DNA of 64,000 nucleotides from Candidatus Uhrbacteria bacterium RIFOXYB12_FULL_58_10 (GTDB taxonomy: Bacteria > Patescibacteriota > Patescibacteriia > UBA9934 > GWF2-40-263): positions 29,774 to 93,773 of the forward strand of contig MGFA01000019.1 in the NCBI GenBank assembly GCA_001791645.1. Direction: 5' to 3'. The notes under the pieces were generated by a model that was not told the DNA's origin, did not search any database, and saw only the letters and a program-made list of their open reading frames with translations. Made by a program: the position numbers and the translations under genes. Positions 40,650-52,185 of this stretch are shown one piece after another (position 1 is the stretch's first letter; every line of letters starts with the position of its first letter).

Positions 40650-41708
40650 TCAATTGATCGAAACGTCCTTCTCGCTTGGTATCACCTCGATCCAAGTGTT
40701 CCCGGCGCCCATTGCGACCTGATTGCCATCCGCGTCGTAAAACGCGAGACGCTCGCTCACCGACGGTTTTTTCCAGGTAATTTCAATGGTCTTTCCATCC
40801 TGGAGCAGCCACGCCTTTCCTTCCCCGGTCGTTCGGACGCTCCGACGGCCCACGGAGTCGAGCACCGCAACGTCCGTGACCATGACGACAATATTATTGG
40901 CCGTAAGCCGCGTGCCATCGGCCGTCTTTGCTTCCCGACCGCCTTGCGAACGCAGATATGCGTTCGTCTCTGCGTCGTATTCCCAATGAACCGAGTATAA
41001 CGCGGAGTTATATTGCACAGTCACGCCCTTTTTTTCACCATCTTCGCTCTTTTCGTCATCAATAAACTTCCACGTTCCATACAGCGTCTCCGGCGCGCGA
41101 CCGCGCTCCTCGGCCTTCGCGACGGCCGCAGCGAGAAGCGCTGTGGACGTGTACGTGTTATGCGGCGCGTATCGGTCGGAGGACCGCCAAAAGAAGACCC
41201 CGTTATAAAACTCGTTCAAATCAAACGTGCCCGTGGACGCAATCAAATCAAGCGCGGCATTCGAGCCGCCAACGTGCGCGTACAGCGCGTCAAATTCATT
41301 TGCCCAATCGATAAAATATGGCCGCGCAGAACGAACCGGGCCGATTTTTTCCACGTCCGTGTCCGCAGAGAAGAATGCCTCGAACCGGGGGATCGACGCC
41401 TCCACAGGCGCCTCGATGACCAAAAACGCCCTGTCCACGCCAGATGGGGGCCAGGCATCCACGGAATTGTCGATCATGACTGCGTACACGCGCGGAAGAA
41501 TCGAAAGATCCTCTGAAACCTGGAGGCCGGAAAGCGGGTGGCGGAAAACAGGCGACTCGACTTCCTCTCCACCGCCAGTCTCATCTGTTCCGCCTGTCTC
41601 CTCTGTTCCATTCGCGAATATTTTCCATCCCCCAAAACCAAACGCAAGCGCCAGAATGATGACGCCTGCGATCGCATGCTTCTTCGTAAGTTTACTTGGC
41701 AACTTCAT
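40650..41708 (-). CDS. DUF3048 family protein
   Basis: VMIDN, EAPVE, IGPVRSARPY, HVGGS, APHN, NTWIEV. Confidence 0.88.
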   Translation of the reverse strand: MKLPSKLTKKHAIAGVIILALAFGFGGWKIFANGTEETGGTDETGGGEEVESPVFRHPLSGLQVSEDLSILPRVYAVMIDNSVDAWPPSGVDRAFLVIEAPVEASIPRFEAFFSADTDVEKIGPVRSARPYFIDWANEFDALYAHVGGSNAALDLIASTGTFDLNEFYNGVFFWRSSDRYAPHNTYTSTALLAAAVAKAEERGRAPETLYGTWKFIDDEKSEDGEKKGVTVQYNSALYSVHWEYDAETNAYLRSQGGREAKTADGTRLTANNIVVMVTDVAVLDSVGRRSVRTTGEGKAWLLQDGKTIEITWKKPSVSERLAFYDADGNQVAMGAGNTWIEVIPSEKDVSIN

Positions 41709-42363
41709 CCGTGGTTTCCCCCTCTTCCTTCTTTTCCTTCTCAACCTTCTCCACGGCATTCACGTCGATTTCTACCGCCGTGTCGAGCTCGGCAAGTTCT
41801 TCTTCCGAACGCGGGGCATCAACGCCCGCGACCATCGCGTCCTCATCCTCGAGAATCTCGACCCCGGACGGAACCGGCAGATCCTTCACGAGAATCTGAT
41901 CCTCGAACGTGACGAGCTTCGAGACGTCGACGTCAATGTGCGACACGAGGTCCATCGGGAGCGCGCGCACGCGAACTTCCTCGATCGGGTGCATGAGCGT
42001 TCCACCAAGGCTCTTCACCGCCGGCGACTCGCCAACGAACGCGAGCTTAACCTCGGCCTCAATCTTCTTCGTCATGTCCACGGCGCGGAAATCCGCATGG
42101 ATAAACTCACCACGAAGCGGATCGATCTGGGTGTCTTGGATAAGGACGTGCATTGCCTTGCCGTCGCCAATCGCAAGTTCGACGATCGTGGATTCCCCAG
42201 CGCTCTTAAACGTCTTGGCGAACTCGTTATGCACGATCTCGATGTTCATCGGATCGGTTCCAACCCCGTACACGACGGCCGGAATGACGCCTTCGTTACG
42301 AAGATGATAGGTCTTGCGTCCAATCAGGTCGCGTTTTTTTGCCTGAAGCGTAAGTGTTTCCAT
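41692..42363 (-). CDS. rplY: 50S ribosomal protein L25/Ctc
   Basis: IPAVVYG, IHADF, acidic tail. Confidence 0.95.
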   Translation of the reverse strand: METLTLQAKKRDLIGRKTYHLRNEGVIPAVVYGVGTDPMNIEIVHNEFAKTFKSAGESTIVELAIGDGKAMHVLIQDTQIDPLRGEFIHADFRAVDMTKKIEAEVKLAFVGESPAVKSLGGTLMHPIEEVRVRALPMDLVSHIDVDVSKLVTFEDQILVKDLPVPSGVEILEDEDAMVAGVDAPRSEEELAELDTAVEIDVNAVEKVEKEKKEEGETTDEVAK

Positions 42364-42416
42364 ACAAACAATACCAGCGTTAATCGCCCGCATTGTGCTT
42401 GATAGGCCGGAATATG

Positions 42417-42800
42417 TCAAGCGGCGCGACGGGACGCAACCGATACCTTGGCCCGGGACCGTCTCTTGGGCGGCGAAATATGCAAAACTTCCGCAAGCGG
42501 AGCCTCTAATCCCTCATGTGCCTCAATCACGTCGTCGGTACTCACCCGCCCCCCGCGATGAAACCGCAGGACATCATCGTAGCTCAAATCCGTCACGAGC
42601 CCGACCGTGCTCCCTCCGGCCTCCCCTTCAACCACCAACGCAAGCGTGGCAGACCCGCACTTCTTGCAGGTGGCGTGAATCAGCCGCGTATCATCCTGTT
42701 CGGAAAGGACGCGCGCCTGCGCTGGCGCGTACTTGGTCTCACACAACGGACAGAAAGACATGAGACGGAGCGAGTCGTTTCCAGATGGGAGTGGCTTCAT
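42417..42800 (-). CDS. Hypothetical Zn-ribbon protein
   Basis: CPLC...CKKC, TDL..DDV. Confidence 0.7.
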   Translation of the reverse strand: MKPLPSGNDSLRLMSFCPLCETKYAPAQARVLSEQDDTRLIHATCKKCGSATLALVVEGEAGGSTVGLVTDLSYDDVLRFHRGGRVSTDDVIEAHEGLEAPLAEVLHISPPKRRSRAKVSVASRRAA

Positions 42801-42839
42801 ATAATTGCACTTTAACACAGGCGTTGGACGGTGAGTAGG

Positions 42840-43937
42840 CTACCCCCTTGATCGTACCGTGACGCTTTCCACGATCCCAAGCATCACAAGGGTAAACAAG
42901 AGCGACGATCCTCCGTAACTGACGAGGGGAAGCGCCACGCCAGTCACGGGAAGCAACCCGAGATTCATCCCCACATTAATGAAAAACTGAACGAACAGCG
43001 TTCCACCGATCCCAATGAGCAAAAAGCTCGTAAAATCATCGCGCGTCGAAGACGCGAAATGCCAGATGCGAAAGAAAACTAAGGCAAAGGCGCCAAGCAA
43101 AAGGATGACTCCGACGAATCCGAGCTCTTCGGCGATCACCGCAAAAATAAAGTCCGTTTGCGATTCCGGCAAAAATTTCAATTGGCTCTGCGAACCGAAC
43201 CCGAGCCCGCTCCCAAGCCATCCGCCCGCTCCAACGGCAATCATCGCCTGTGCCACGTTATAGCCTTGCCCGAGCGGATCCGCCGCGGGGTTCACGAATG
43301 TCCTGAGACGATCTTTCTGGTATGGGGCTAACAAAAAGGACCACGCGACAACGGATACGATGGCCATGGCCACGACGAGCGTGGCGAGATGACGCTTCTT
43401 CATTCCGGCGAACAAGACGAGAATGCCCCACATCCCAAGGAGGAGTGCCGCGGAACCAAGGTCTGGCTGCATCAGGACAAGACCGACTGGCAACGCGGTG
43501 ATGATTCCGCTCTCCAACAGTTCCCTCCAACCGAAATCCAAGCGTGCACGGCGGCTGAAGTATGCCGCGAGCGAAACCGCGAGCGCGACTTTCATCAGCT
43601 CAACCGGCTGGAAACTCACCGGGCCGATCGCGTACCAACCGGTCGTTCCACGAATCGTAACGCCAAACGCCAGCACCCCCGCAAGCGACGCCACCCCAAT
43701 GACATACGAGATGAGCGCGTAGTTGCGCAACAAATGATAATTGGAGCCAGCAACGGCGAAAAAAACACCCAAACCGACCAACGCGGACACAACCTGCTTT
43801 TGAATGTTCAAAAAGTCAGAATCTCCGTAAGAAAGTTCGATGGAGTAAATGGCTGCCAAGCCCAAAATAACGAGAGTAAAAGCCCCGGAAATAAGAAACC
43901 AGTCCGCCGTTTGAAGCTGGCGAAAAAATCGGTACAT
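42840..43937 (-). CDS. rodA: Rod shape-determining protein RodA
   Basis: FQPVE, QPDLG, GYNVAQAMIAVG, LPESQTDFIF, P.TG..LP.VSYGGSS. Confidence 0.93.
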   Translation of the reverse strand: MYRFFRQLQTADWFLISGAFTLVILGLAAIYSIELSYGDSDFLNIQKQVVSALVGLGVFFAVAGSNYHLLRNYALISYVIGVASLAGVLAFGVTIRGTTGWYAIGPVSFQPVELMKVALAVSLAAYFSRRARLDFGWRELLESGIITALPVGLVLMQPDLGSAALLLGMWGILVLFAGMKKRHLATLVVAMAIVSVVAWSFLLAPYQKDRLRTFVNPAADPLGQGYNVAQAMIAVGAGGWLGSGLGFGSQSQLKFLPESQTDFIFAVIAEELGFVGVILLLGAFALVFFRIWHFASSTRDDFTSFLLIGIGGTLFVQFFINVGMNLGLLPVTGVALPLVSYGGSSLLFTLVMLGIVESVTVRSRG

Positions 43938-43942
43938 GAGGC

Positions 43943-44872
43943 TTACCGTCGACCGCGCAACTGAACGCGCGTGCGCGTGTCCTCGGTCGTCTCTCCTTCT
44001 AACGGCTTATAGGACAAAATGTCAAATGGGTTCACGGACGCGCTGATCTCCACCTTACTGACGTTCGGGATCGTCCCGAACCAGTTGATTGTCACATTCT
44101 GTTCCTCTCCGGAAACCAAATCCGAGAGGGATGTGCCCGTCACGCCCACCACGGAGGACGCTCGCAAAAGCGTCGCGGTAAACGCCGGCTCATAGTAACT
44201 GTAGGCGGTATTATTTTTCACCGTGAAGCTGACACGGCCGATCGTTTTGCCATCAAGCTCAACGCTTTCGAACGACGCGTTTGATATGTCAAACCCAATC
44301 CGGTCATCGAACCACTGGGCGTAGTCGCCCGTCACGTGATGGTCCACCCGGTGCCACACGACCTCGGAGATGACCAGCGACACGGAGCGTGGCGCAGCCA
44401 AAGATTCCACCAAATACGCGATGATCGGTTTCTCAGCGCCTGGCAGAATATAACCGTCGGCCTGGTCAGTGGTGCCCGCGCTTGAGGTAAACGCATACGC
44501 GAACTCAGCCCACCAGTCAGGATTCGGATTCGTGAGCGTGGCGTACAAATCATACGTTCCTGTCGTGGACAAAACTGCGGTCGCCTTGCCGGCCTCTAAG
44601 TCATCCGCCGCGGTCGCGGAAGAATAGGCGCGCAAGTCGCCCTGCCCGTAAGCGGCAAGCTCCAGCACCGCGCGTTGCTCGTCGGCGTAGCTCACGACGT
44701 ATACATCGACGAACGTCCAGGCTACAAACGCGATCAGAAGCAAATCAGCACACGCGAACAAAATCAACCCAAGGCGCTTCACCCCGGCCCGGCTCTCAAT
44801 CCACCAGCTCGAAAGCCGATACTGCTTCTGATAGTCTTTTTCCGCCTCCAGCAGGACACCTCCATTTTCCAT
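43943..44872 (-). CDS. Hypothetical single-TM exported protein
   Basis: N-terminal TM; NPN, YILPG and beta-rich domains. Confidence 0.7.
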   Translation of the reverse strand: MENGGVLLEAEKDYQKQYRLSSWWIESRAGVKRLGLILFACADLLLIAFVAWTFVDVYVVSYADEQRAVLELAAYGQGDLRAYSSATAADDLEAGKATAVLSTTGTYDLYATLTNPNPDWWAEFAYAFTSSAGTTDQADGYILPGAEKPIIAYLVESLAAPRSVSLVISEVVWHRVDHHVTGDYAQWFDDRIGFDISNASFESVELDGKTIGRVSFTVKNNTAYSYYEPAFTATLLRASSVVGVTGTSLSDLVSGEEQNVTINWFGTIPNVSKVEISASVNPFDILSYKPLEGETTEDTRTRVQLRGRR

Positions 44873-44929
44873 ATTGTTTATAGTATACCTGATCCTGATT
44901 CGATTGACATCTCCCCCGTTTCACGATGA

Positions 44930-47134
<2,205 letters not shown>

Positions 47135-47139
47135 CGCAT

Positions 47140-47165
47140 AGACCCCGCCAAAGGCGGGGTCTTTT
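47140..47165 (+). terminator. Intrinsic terminator after gyrB, overlapping the secE -35 box
   Basis: AGACCCCGCC-AAA-GGCGGGGTCT then TTT, continuing into TTGACA. Confidence 0.75.
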
Positions 47166-47232
47166 GACAAGTTGCGGGCCTTGCTGTATATTTGCGGCAG
47201 AAAGGCCCGCAAGGGCTTCTTAAAGTAGCGTT

Positions 47233-47436
47233 ATGACCAACCCGATCAAACCAGTCACGTCGTACCTCCGCGAATCAAAGGAGGAACTCAAGAAGGTTAC
47301 CTGGCCATCGCGCCGCGAAACGGTGCGCTATTCGATCATCGTGATCGTGGTTTCCCTTGCGACCGGAGCCCTCTTCGCCGGGCTCGACTGGGCGCTTAAC
47401 CTCGGCCTCGAACAGCTCATCATCCTTACTTCGTAA
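47233..47436 (+). CDS. secE: Preprotein translocase SecE
   Basis: ELKKVTWP motif, one TM; precedes nusG. Confidence 0.95.
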   Translation: MTNPIKPVTSYLRESKEELKKVTWPSRRETVRYSIIVIVVSLATGALFAGLDWALNLGLEQLIILTS

Positions 47437-47485
47437 TCCATTCGCCCCTTTTCGTCCTTTCAGACACACCAAGCCCTTACGCGCT

Positions 47486-48031
47486 ATGCCAAAACAAACA
47501 GCAAATTACGGACGACGCTGGTACGCCATCCATACGTACTCCGGTTACGAAGACAACGTTTCCGAGGCGCTGCATCAGCGCATCGACACCATGGACATGC
47601 ACGAAAAGATTTTTTCGGTGCTGGTTCCGAAGGAAAAGAAGATCAAGATCAAGAACGGCAAGCGAAAGATGACCGAGGAAAAGATTTTTCCTGGGTACGT
47701 GCTCGTTGAGATGGTCGTGACGGACGACTCGTGGTACGTGGTGCGCAATACGCCGAACGTCACAGGATTCATTGGCACGGGAACCATCCCGACGCCGATC
47801 GCGCAGGAAGAAATTGACGCGCTGCTCAAGCGCACGGGCGCGACCGAACCGGAAACGACATTCGACGTCACGAAGGGCTCAGTGGTACAGATTACGGACG
47901 GACCGTTCAAGAATTTCGAAGGCAAGGTGTCCGATATCGACGAGACGCGCGGAAAGGTCAAGGTGCTCGTCAACATGTTCGGACGCGAAACCCCTGTGGA
48001 ACTCGATTTCCTCCAGGTCAAAAAAATCTGA
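47486..48031 (+). CDS. nusG: Transcription factor NusG
   Basis: WYAIHTYSGYE, FPGYV, VRNTP.VTGF, KOW domain, FGRETPVEL. Confidence 0.97.
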   Translation: MPKQTANYGRRWYAIHTYSGYEDNVSEALHQRIDTMDMHEKIFSVLVPKEKKIKIKNGKRKMTEEKIFPGYVLVEMVVTDDSWYVVRNTPNVTGFIGTGTIPTPIAQEEIDALLKRTGATEPETTFDVTKGSVVQITDGPFKNFEGKVSDIDETRGKVKVLVNMFGRETPVELDFLQVKKI

Positions 48032-48093
48032 TCTCATTAATCCACATAGCATGGTTGCCCTCGAGCGAGGGAATCCAATAATCAAAAAACGCT

Positions 48094-48516
48094 ATGGCCA
48101 AGAAACTCGTTACTCAAATCAAGTTGCAGATCGCCGGTGGCGCCGCCACCCCTGCCCCGCCGGTCGGTCCGGCACTCGGCCAGCACGGCCTCAACATCGC
48201 CGACTTCGTGAAGCGCTTCAATGACGCCACGCAGGCGCGCCGCGGCGAAACCGTCCCGGTCATCATCAACGTGTACGAGGACCGTACCTTCGACTTCGTC
48301 ATGAAGGTCGCGCCGGCATCCGGTCTCATCGCGAAGGCGGCAGGCATCGAAAAGGGCTCCGGCAAGCCGCTCACGGAAAAGGCGGGCAAAATCACGAAGG
48401 CGCAGCTGCGAGAGATCGCGGAAAAAAAGCTGCCTGACCTCAACACGTCCGACATCGAAGCCGCGATGAAGATCATCGCCGGCACCGCGCGCCAAATGGG
48501 AGTGGACATCGTTTAA
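48094..48516 (+). CDS. rplK: 50S ribosomal protein L11
   Basis: [19 protein letters not shown]. Confidence 0.98.
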   Translation: MAKKLVTQIKLQIAGGAATPAPPVGPALGQHGLNIADFVKRFNDATQARRGETVPVIINVYEDRTFDFVMKVAPASGLIAKAAGIEKGSGKPLTEKAGKITKAQLREIAEKKLPDLNTSDIEAAMKIIAGTARQMGVDIV

Positions 48517-48546
48517 CATCGATTCTTTCACCCTAATCAACGTCGT

Positions 48547-48909
48547 ATGACAAAGGGAGGCTCGATCATTCTCCGAATTTACTTCACGCTCGTGGCGTTT
48601 GTCACCCTGATGATTCTCATCTTCTCGGTGTCGGATCTCGTGAACATCGCTCTGAAGACCTACGTCTTTCCGAAGGCAGACCGCCCGGAGTACACCATGG
48701 TCTGCGACCTGCAATATCAGACGCGGGAGCAGTGCGACACGCAAAAGGTCAATGACGAGGAATCCGCGCGCGTCCGCAAGCAGCAGTCGGCCGTGCGCGA
48801 CATCTCGCTGCTCTTGGTCGCGGCCCCCCTGTTCTGGCTCCACTGGCGCGTCGTGTATCGCGACCTGATGGGAGAGCGCGAAGAAAAGAAAGAAGAAAAA
48901 AAGTCTTAA
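48547..48909 (+). CDS. Two-TM hypothetical (DUF5671-like)
   Basis: IYFTLVAFVTL...PLFWLHW pattern; intact ORF between rplK and rplA. Confidence 0.7.
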   Translation: MTKGGSIILRIYFTLVAFVTLMILIFSVSDLVNIALKTYVFPKADRPEYTMVCDLQYQTREQCDTQKVNDEESARVRKQQSAVRDISLLLVAAPLFWLHWRVVYRDLMGEREEKKEEKKS

Positions 48910-48921
48910 ATATCTAAATAG

Positions 48922-48952
48922 GTGGGAGGTCGGAGGAGACCGCTTGAACCAC
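48922..48952 (+). promoter_or_regulatory. Ribosomal protein L1 binding site (rplA leader)
   Basis: GTGGGAGGTC...GACCGCTTGAACCAC matches the GUGG-GAG...ACCAC L1-site pattern, just before the rplA start. Confidence 0.7.
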
Positions 48953-48960
48953 AAATCCCT

Positions 48961-49644
48961 ATGGCAGGAAAGCGCATTGAAGAGGCACGCAAGCTCGTGG
49001 ACGCGAAAAGGACCTATACCCTCACCGAGGCCATTGCCCTCGTGAAACAGTTCCCAAAGGCGGGATTCGACGAGGCGGTCGAGCTCCACGTGAAGCTCGG
49101 CATCGACCCGACCAAGGGCGACCAGCAGGTGCGTGGCACCATCGCCTTCCCGCACGGGGTCGGCAAGTCGAAGCGCGTCGCGGCGTTCGTCGAGGCGGCG
49201 AAGGAAGCGGATGCGAAGGCCGCTGGTGCGGACATCGTCGGCGGCGAGGAGCTCATCAATGAGATCGCCACGAAGGGTACCATCGACTTCGACGTCGCAG
49301 TCGCGACGCCGGCCATGATGCCAAAGATTGCCAAGCTCGCGAAGCTGCTCGGTCCGAAGGGCCTCATGCCGAACCCGAAGAACGACACGGTCGGCCCAAA
49401 CGTGACCAAGATGATCCAGGAACAGAAGGCCGGTAAACAGTCGTTTAAAAACGACACCACGGCCAATATCCACCAGATCGTCGGCCGCGTGTCGATGACC
49501 GAAGCACAGCTTAGAGAGAACATCGCGCCGTTCGCCGAGCAGCTGCGCAAGCTGAAGCCGGCATCGGCCAAGGGCATTTACTTCCGCAACGCGTCGCTCA
49601 CTACCACGATGGGTCCGGGCGTGAAGATTGACATGAACTCGTAG
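48961..49644 (+). CDS. rplA: 50S ribosomal protein L1
   Basis: FDEAVE, DQQVRG, LGPKGLMPNPK, TTMGPG. Confidence 0.97.
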   Translation: MAGKRIEEARKLVDAKRTYTLTEAIALVKQFPKAGFDEAVELHVKLGIDPTKGDQQVRGTIAFPHGVGKSKRVAAFVEAAKEADAKAAGADIVGGEELINEIATKGTIDFDVAVATPAMMPKIAKLAKLLGPKGLMPNPKNDTVGPNVTKMIQEQKAGKQSFKNDTTANIHQIVGRVSMTEAQLRENIAPFAEQLRKLKPASAKGIYFRNASLTTTMGPGVKIDMNS

Positions 49645-49715
49645 TAGACAATGGCGCCCGCCGGCGGTAAGCTGGCGGGTGTTATTGTTATCGAGTGTAT
49701 ATGACCGGAGAACGA

Positions 49716-50411
49716 ATGGATCGCGGCATGACGCGCGTGCCGGAAAAAAGACTCCAAGAAATCGTAGATGATTTTGGAGAAATGGAGAGACTTTGGAATC
49801 GACGGATCATTTTCATTACAAACAAACGCAAGGTGGTCGCGCACGCGGAGTGGCAGGGCAGCGACATCGTGGTCACCAAGCTGCGCCGCCCTGAAAAGAC
49901 GAAGCTTCAGGTTGGACAGGTGCTGTACGAGGGATATCGTCCCCCGCCGGAGCTGCCACCCCGCCCGGAAATCCGTGTGGACGGCTGGCGGCTGATCCGA
50001 AATGCCCAGTATGACTCGACGCAAGCGGCCAAACCGGATCCATTTTGGGAGGAATACGAAGGCTGGTTTTTGATCCCCGACAAAATCAACGGGGGCGATG
50101 GGCTTGAGGAATACCTCTTCGACTATCCCGAGCTCCTTGCGGGCGACACTCCCTCCTACCGGACCCTTGAACTCAAAGAATTGAACGCGGACAGCCTTCG
50201 CATGGCCGCCTTTTCCGAGGTCGACGCGTACGTGTGCGGACGGACGGAACAGGTCCCCGCCTTACTCCCGTTCGTCCCTCCGAAAACGAACGAGGTGGTT
50301 CTCTACCGTCCCAGCGTGTGCTCCTGCGGATGCGGAAATTTCGAAGGATGGCACCGATATTGGGAAAATAAATGGATTGTGTACGTTCCCCGCGCAAAAT
50401 CACCCTTATGA
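49716..50411 (+). CDS. Orphan protein with C-terminal CSCGC motif
   Basis: Open frame with GGAG RBS; stop overlaps the dcd-like start (ATGA). Confidence 0.6.
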   Translation: MDRGMTRVPEKRLQEIVDDFGEMERLWNRRIIFITNKRKVVAHAEWQGSDIVVTKLRRPEKTKLQVGQVLYEGYRPPPELPPRPEIRVDGWRLIRNAQYDSTQAAKPDPFWEEYEGWFLIPDKINGGDGLEEYLFDYPELLAGDTPSYRTLELKELNADSLRMAAFSEVDAYVCGRTEQVPALLPFVPPKTNEVVLYRPSVCSCGCGNFEGWHRYWENKWIVYVPRAKSPL

Positions 50412-51058
50412 TCCTTTCTCGACAAGACGTCCTCGCGCAATTCGCTTCCGGCGGGATCCGGTTAACTCCGGAGCTTGACCGGTTCCAACTGCAGCCGCAT
50501 GCCATTGATCTGCGCTTGGGCTACAAGTTTTTGATCCCGCGCAACTGGACGATCGACGAAAAGGGCCGGCGCGCCATCAAGGTGTCCATCGACGACGCCG
50601 CGACGCATCCCGAACAATTCGACGAGGTCATCCTAAAGCCCGGCCAGTATTTCGAACTGCTCCCAAACGAATTTGTCATCGGCACGAGCCTCGAGCGCAT
50701 CGAGATGAACGCGCCGAACCTCATGGCTATTCTTTTTCCGCGTACCTCCACTAACCGCCGTGGCATTGACCTGTCGCTTAGCGGCATCATCGATGTCGGC
50801 TACAAAGGCAACCTCATCTTTCCGATGCAAAACGAGGCGGGAAACCAAGTGATCCGCGTCTATCCGGGAGAGCGTGTGTGCCAGGTGATCTTCGAGGAAC
50901 TCAAGACTCCGCTCACGCCAGAGGAAGCCGACCTGCACGGGGTGAGCGCCGCAAAATATTCCGAGTCCGACGGCGCGTTTAAACTCGACAAGGACGAAGA
51001 ACGCCAAGCCCTCATCACCGGCACGCTCGACGAAATGAAAAGGCGGTTCGGGATTTGA
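50408..51058 (+). CDS. dCTP deaminase/dUTPase-fold protein (Dcd-like; catalytic Glu replaced by Pro)
   Basis: MILS, QPHAIDLRLG, RTST.R.G, IDVGYKG, YPGERVCQVIF. Confidence 0.85.
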   Translation: MILSRQDVLAQFASGGIRLTPELDRFQLQPHAIDLRLGYKFLIPRNWTIDEKGRRAIKVSIDDAATHPEQFDEVILKPGQYFELLPNEFVIGTSLERIEMNAPNLMAILFPRTSTNRRGIDLSLSGIIDVGYKGNLIFPMQNEAGNQVIRVYPGERVCQVIFEELKTPLTPEEADLHGVSAAKYSESDGAFKLDKDEERQALITGTLDEMKRRFGI

Positions 51059-51099
51059 CCCCGAGCCGCTTTTTGGATAAGACACTGAGCGGAGGACAC

Positions 51100-51488
51100 A
51101 TGAAACGAACCGTCCGAGCGTCGCCGGGCCATTCGCCGGCACGCTGCCACGCTCAGCGACGAGCCTGTTCTTCCGGAACGGTTCGGCGCGACGCTAAAAT
51201 GGCAGGAGGATGCCGCGCTTGCCGAAACGGGATTCGCGAACGTTCGATCGATGAAGGCAAGCGTCAATCGATACTGGAAAAAAAATGGGAAAAGGCCGAA
51301 GGTCTCGAGATGTGATACTTCGCGCGTTTCGACGCGAGGATCGGCCGCATCCCGCCCTTTCGCCCGGCGACAATGATGCACTGGCCTATTTTTACCGTCA
51401 CACGGAAAATAGGACATGGAAAGAAACGGGCCTGCTCATCTTAGGCGTAATCGCCTGTTTTTTTATAACTGTCTCAGCACGTTCTTGA
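51100..51488 (+). pseudogene. Probable frameshifted small membrane-protein gene
   Basis: GGAGGA RBS and ATG 51100; protein-like segments in successive frames joined at A-runs, ending in a TM helix. Confidence 0.35.
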
Positions 51489-52182
51489 ACTGGCGGCAGG
51501 CGGTGTCGTGGTCGTCGCAGACGATTTGATACACCGGCTTTTCCTCGGTCGGAAGATGGATGGTGATATCGCTTCCTTTGCAGATGGCGCGCACGTGCGC
51601 GTCTTCGTTTTCCGTCACCTCGCAGCCAAGATCTTCGATGGTCTGCTGAAGCTTGGCCGCGAGCACATCGTCGGCTCCCTCCACGCGCACGGTCTTTACG
51701 GACGGCTTGAGCGTTTCCGCGAACACGCGATCGCGATGAAACCGCTCGTGCGCGTCATCGGTGACATAGAGGTCGCGGATACCGGCGCGGATGAGCGAGT
51801 TCCAACACGGCTCGCACGCCCACCAGTGGCCATACATGTACGCGTCGGCCCCCTTGATATCGACTCCCTGCTCCGCGGCCACCTTCACGGCCATCTGTTC
51901 GGCGTGTCCGGGCGCATCGTGCAGCGTGCACAGGTCATACCCCGTGCCGCTCGGCACGTCGAGCACGATGCGCGGGCACACGTGCGGCGCGCCCGATCCG
52001 CGATTGAACCCGTTGCCAGCGGTCACAAGAACCCTGCCGTCGCGCACGATCGCGATTCCGACGGGATACTGCGGATCTCCGGCCTGCCGCTCACGCGCGC
52101 TCTTGGCCGGGATCATGCATTCATGATCGTGCGACACATACTTGAGATGGCGGTCCGACGGCATGTAGGGATAGTTGGGCAT
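51463..52182 (-). CDS. dCMP-deaminase-like Zn-dependent deaminase with extra C-terminal domain
   Basis: VGIAIV, GNG, CPR....PSG.GYDLC, HAE, CEPC. Confidence 0.85.
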   Translation of the reverse strand: MPNYPYMPSDRHLKYVSHDHECMIPAKSARERQAGDPQYPVGIAIVRDGRVLVTAGNGFNRGSGAPHVCPRIVLDVPSGTGYDLCTLHDAPGHAEQMAVKVAAEQGVDIKGADAYMYGHWWACEPCWNSLIRAGIRDLYVTDDAHERFHRDRVFAETLKPSVKTVRVEGADDVLAAKLQQTIEDLGCEVTENEDAHVRAICKGSDITIHLPTEEKPVYQIVCDDHDTACRQFKNVLRQL

Positions 52183-52185
52183 ACG

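Noticed and set aside
47166-47232. tRNA upstream of secE
   Set aside because: No cloverleaf or T-loop motif; the space holds a promoter and short leader only
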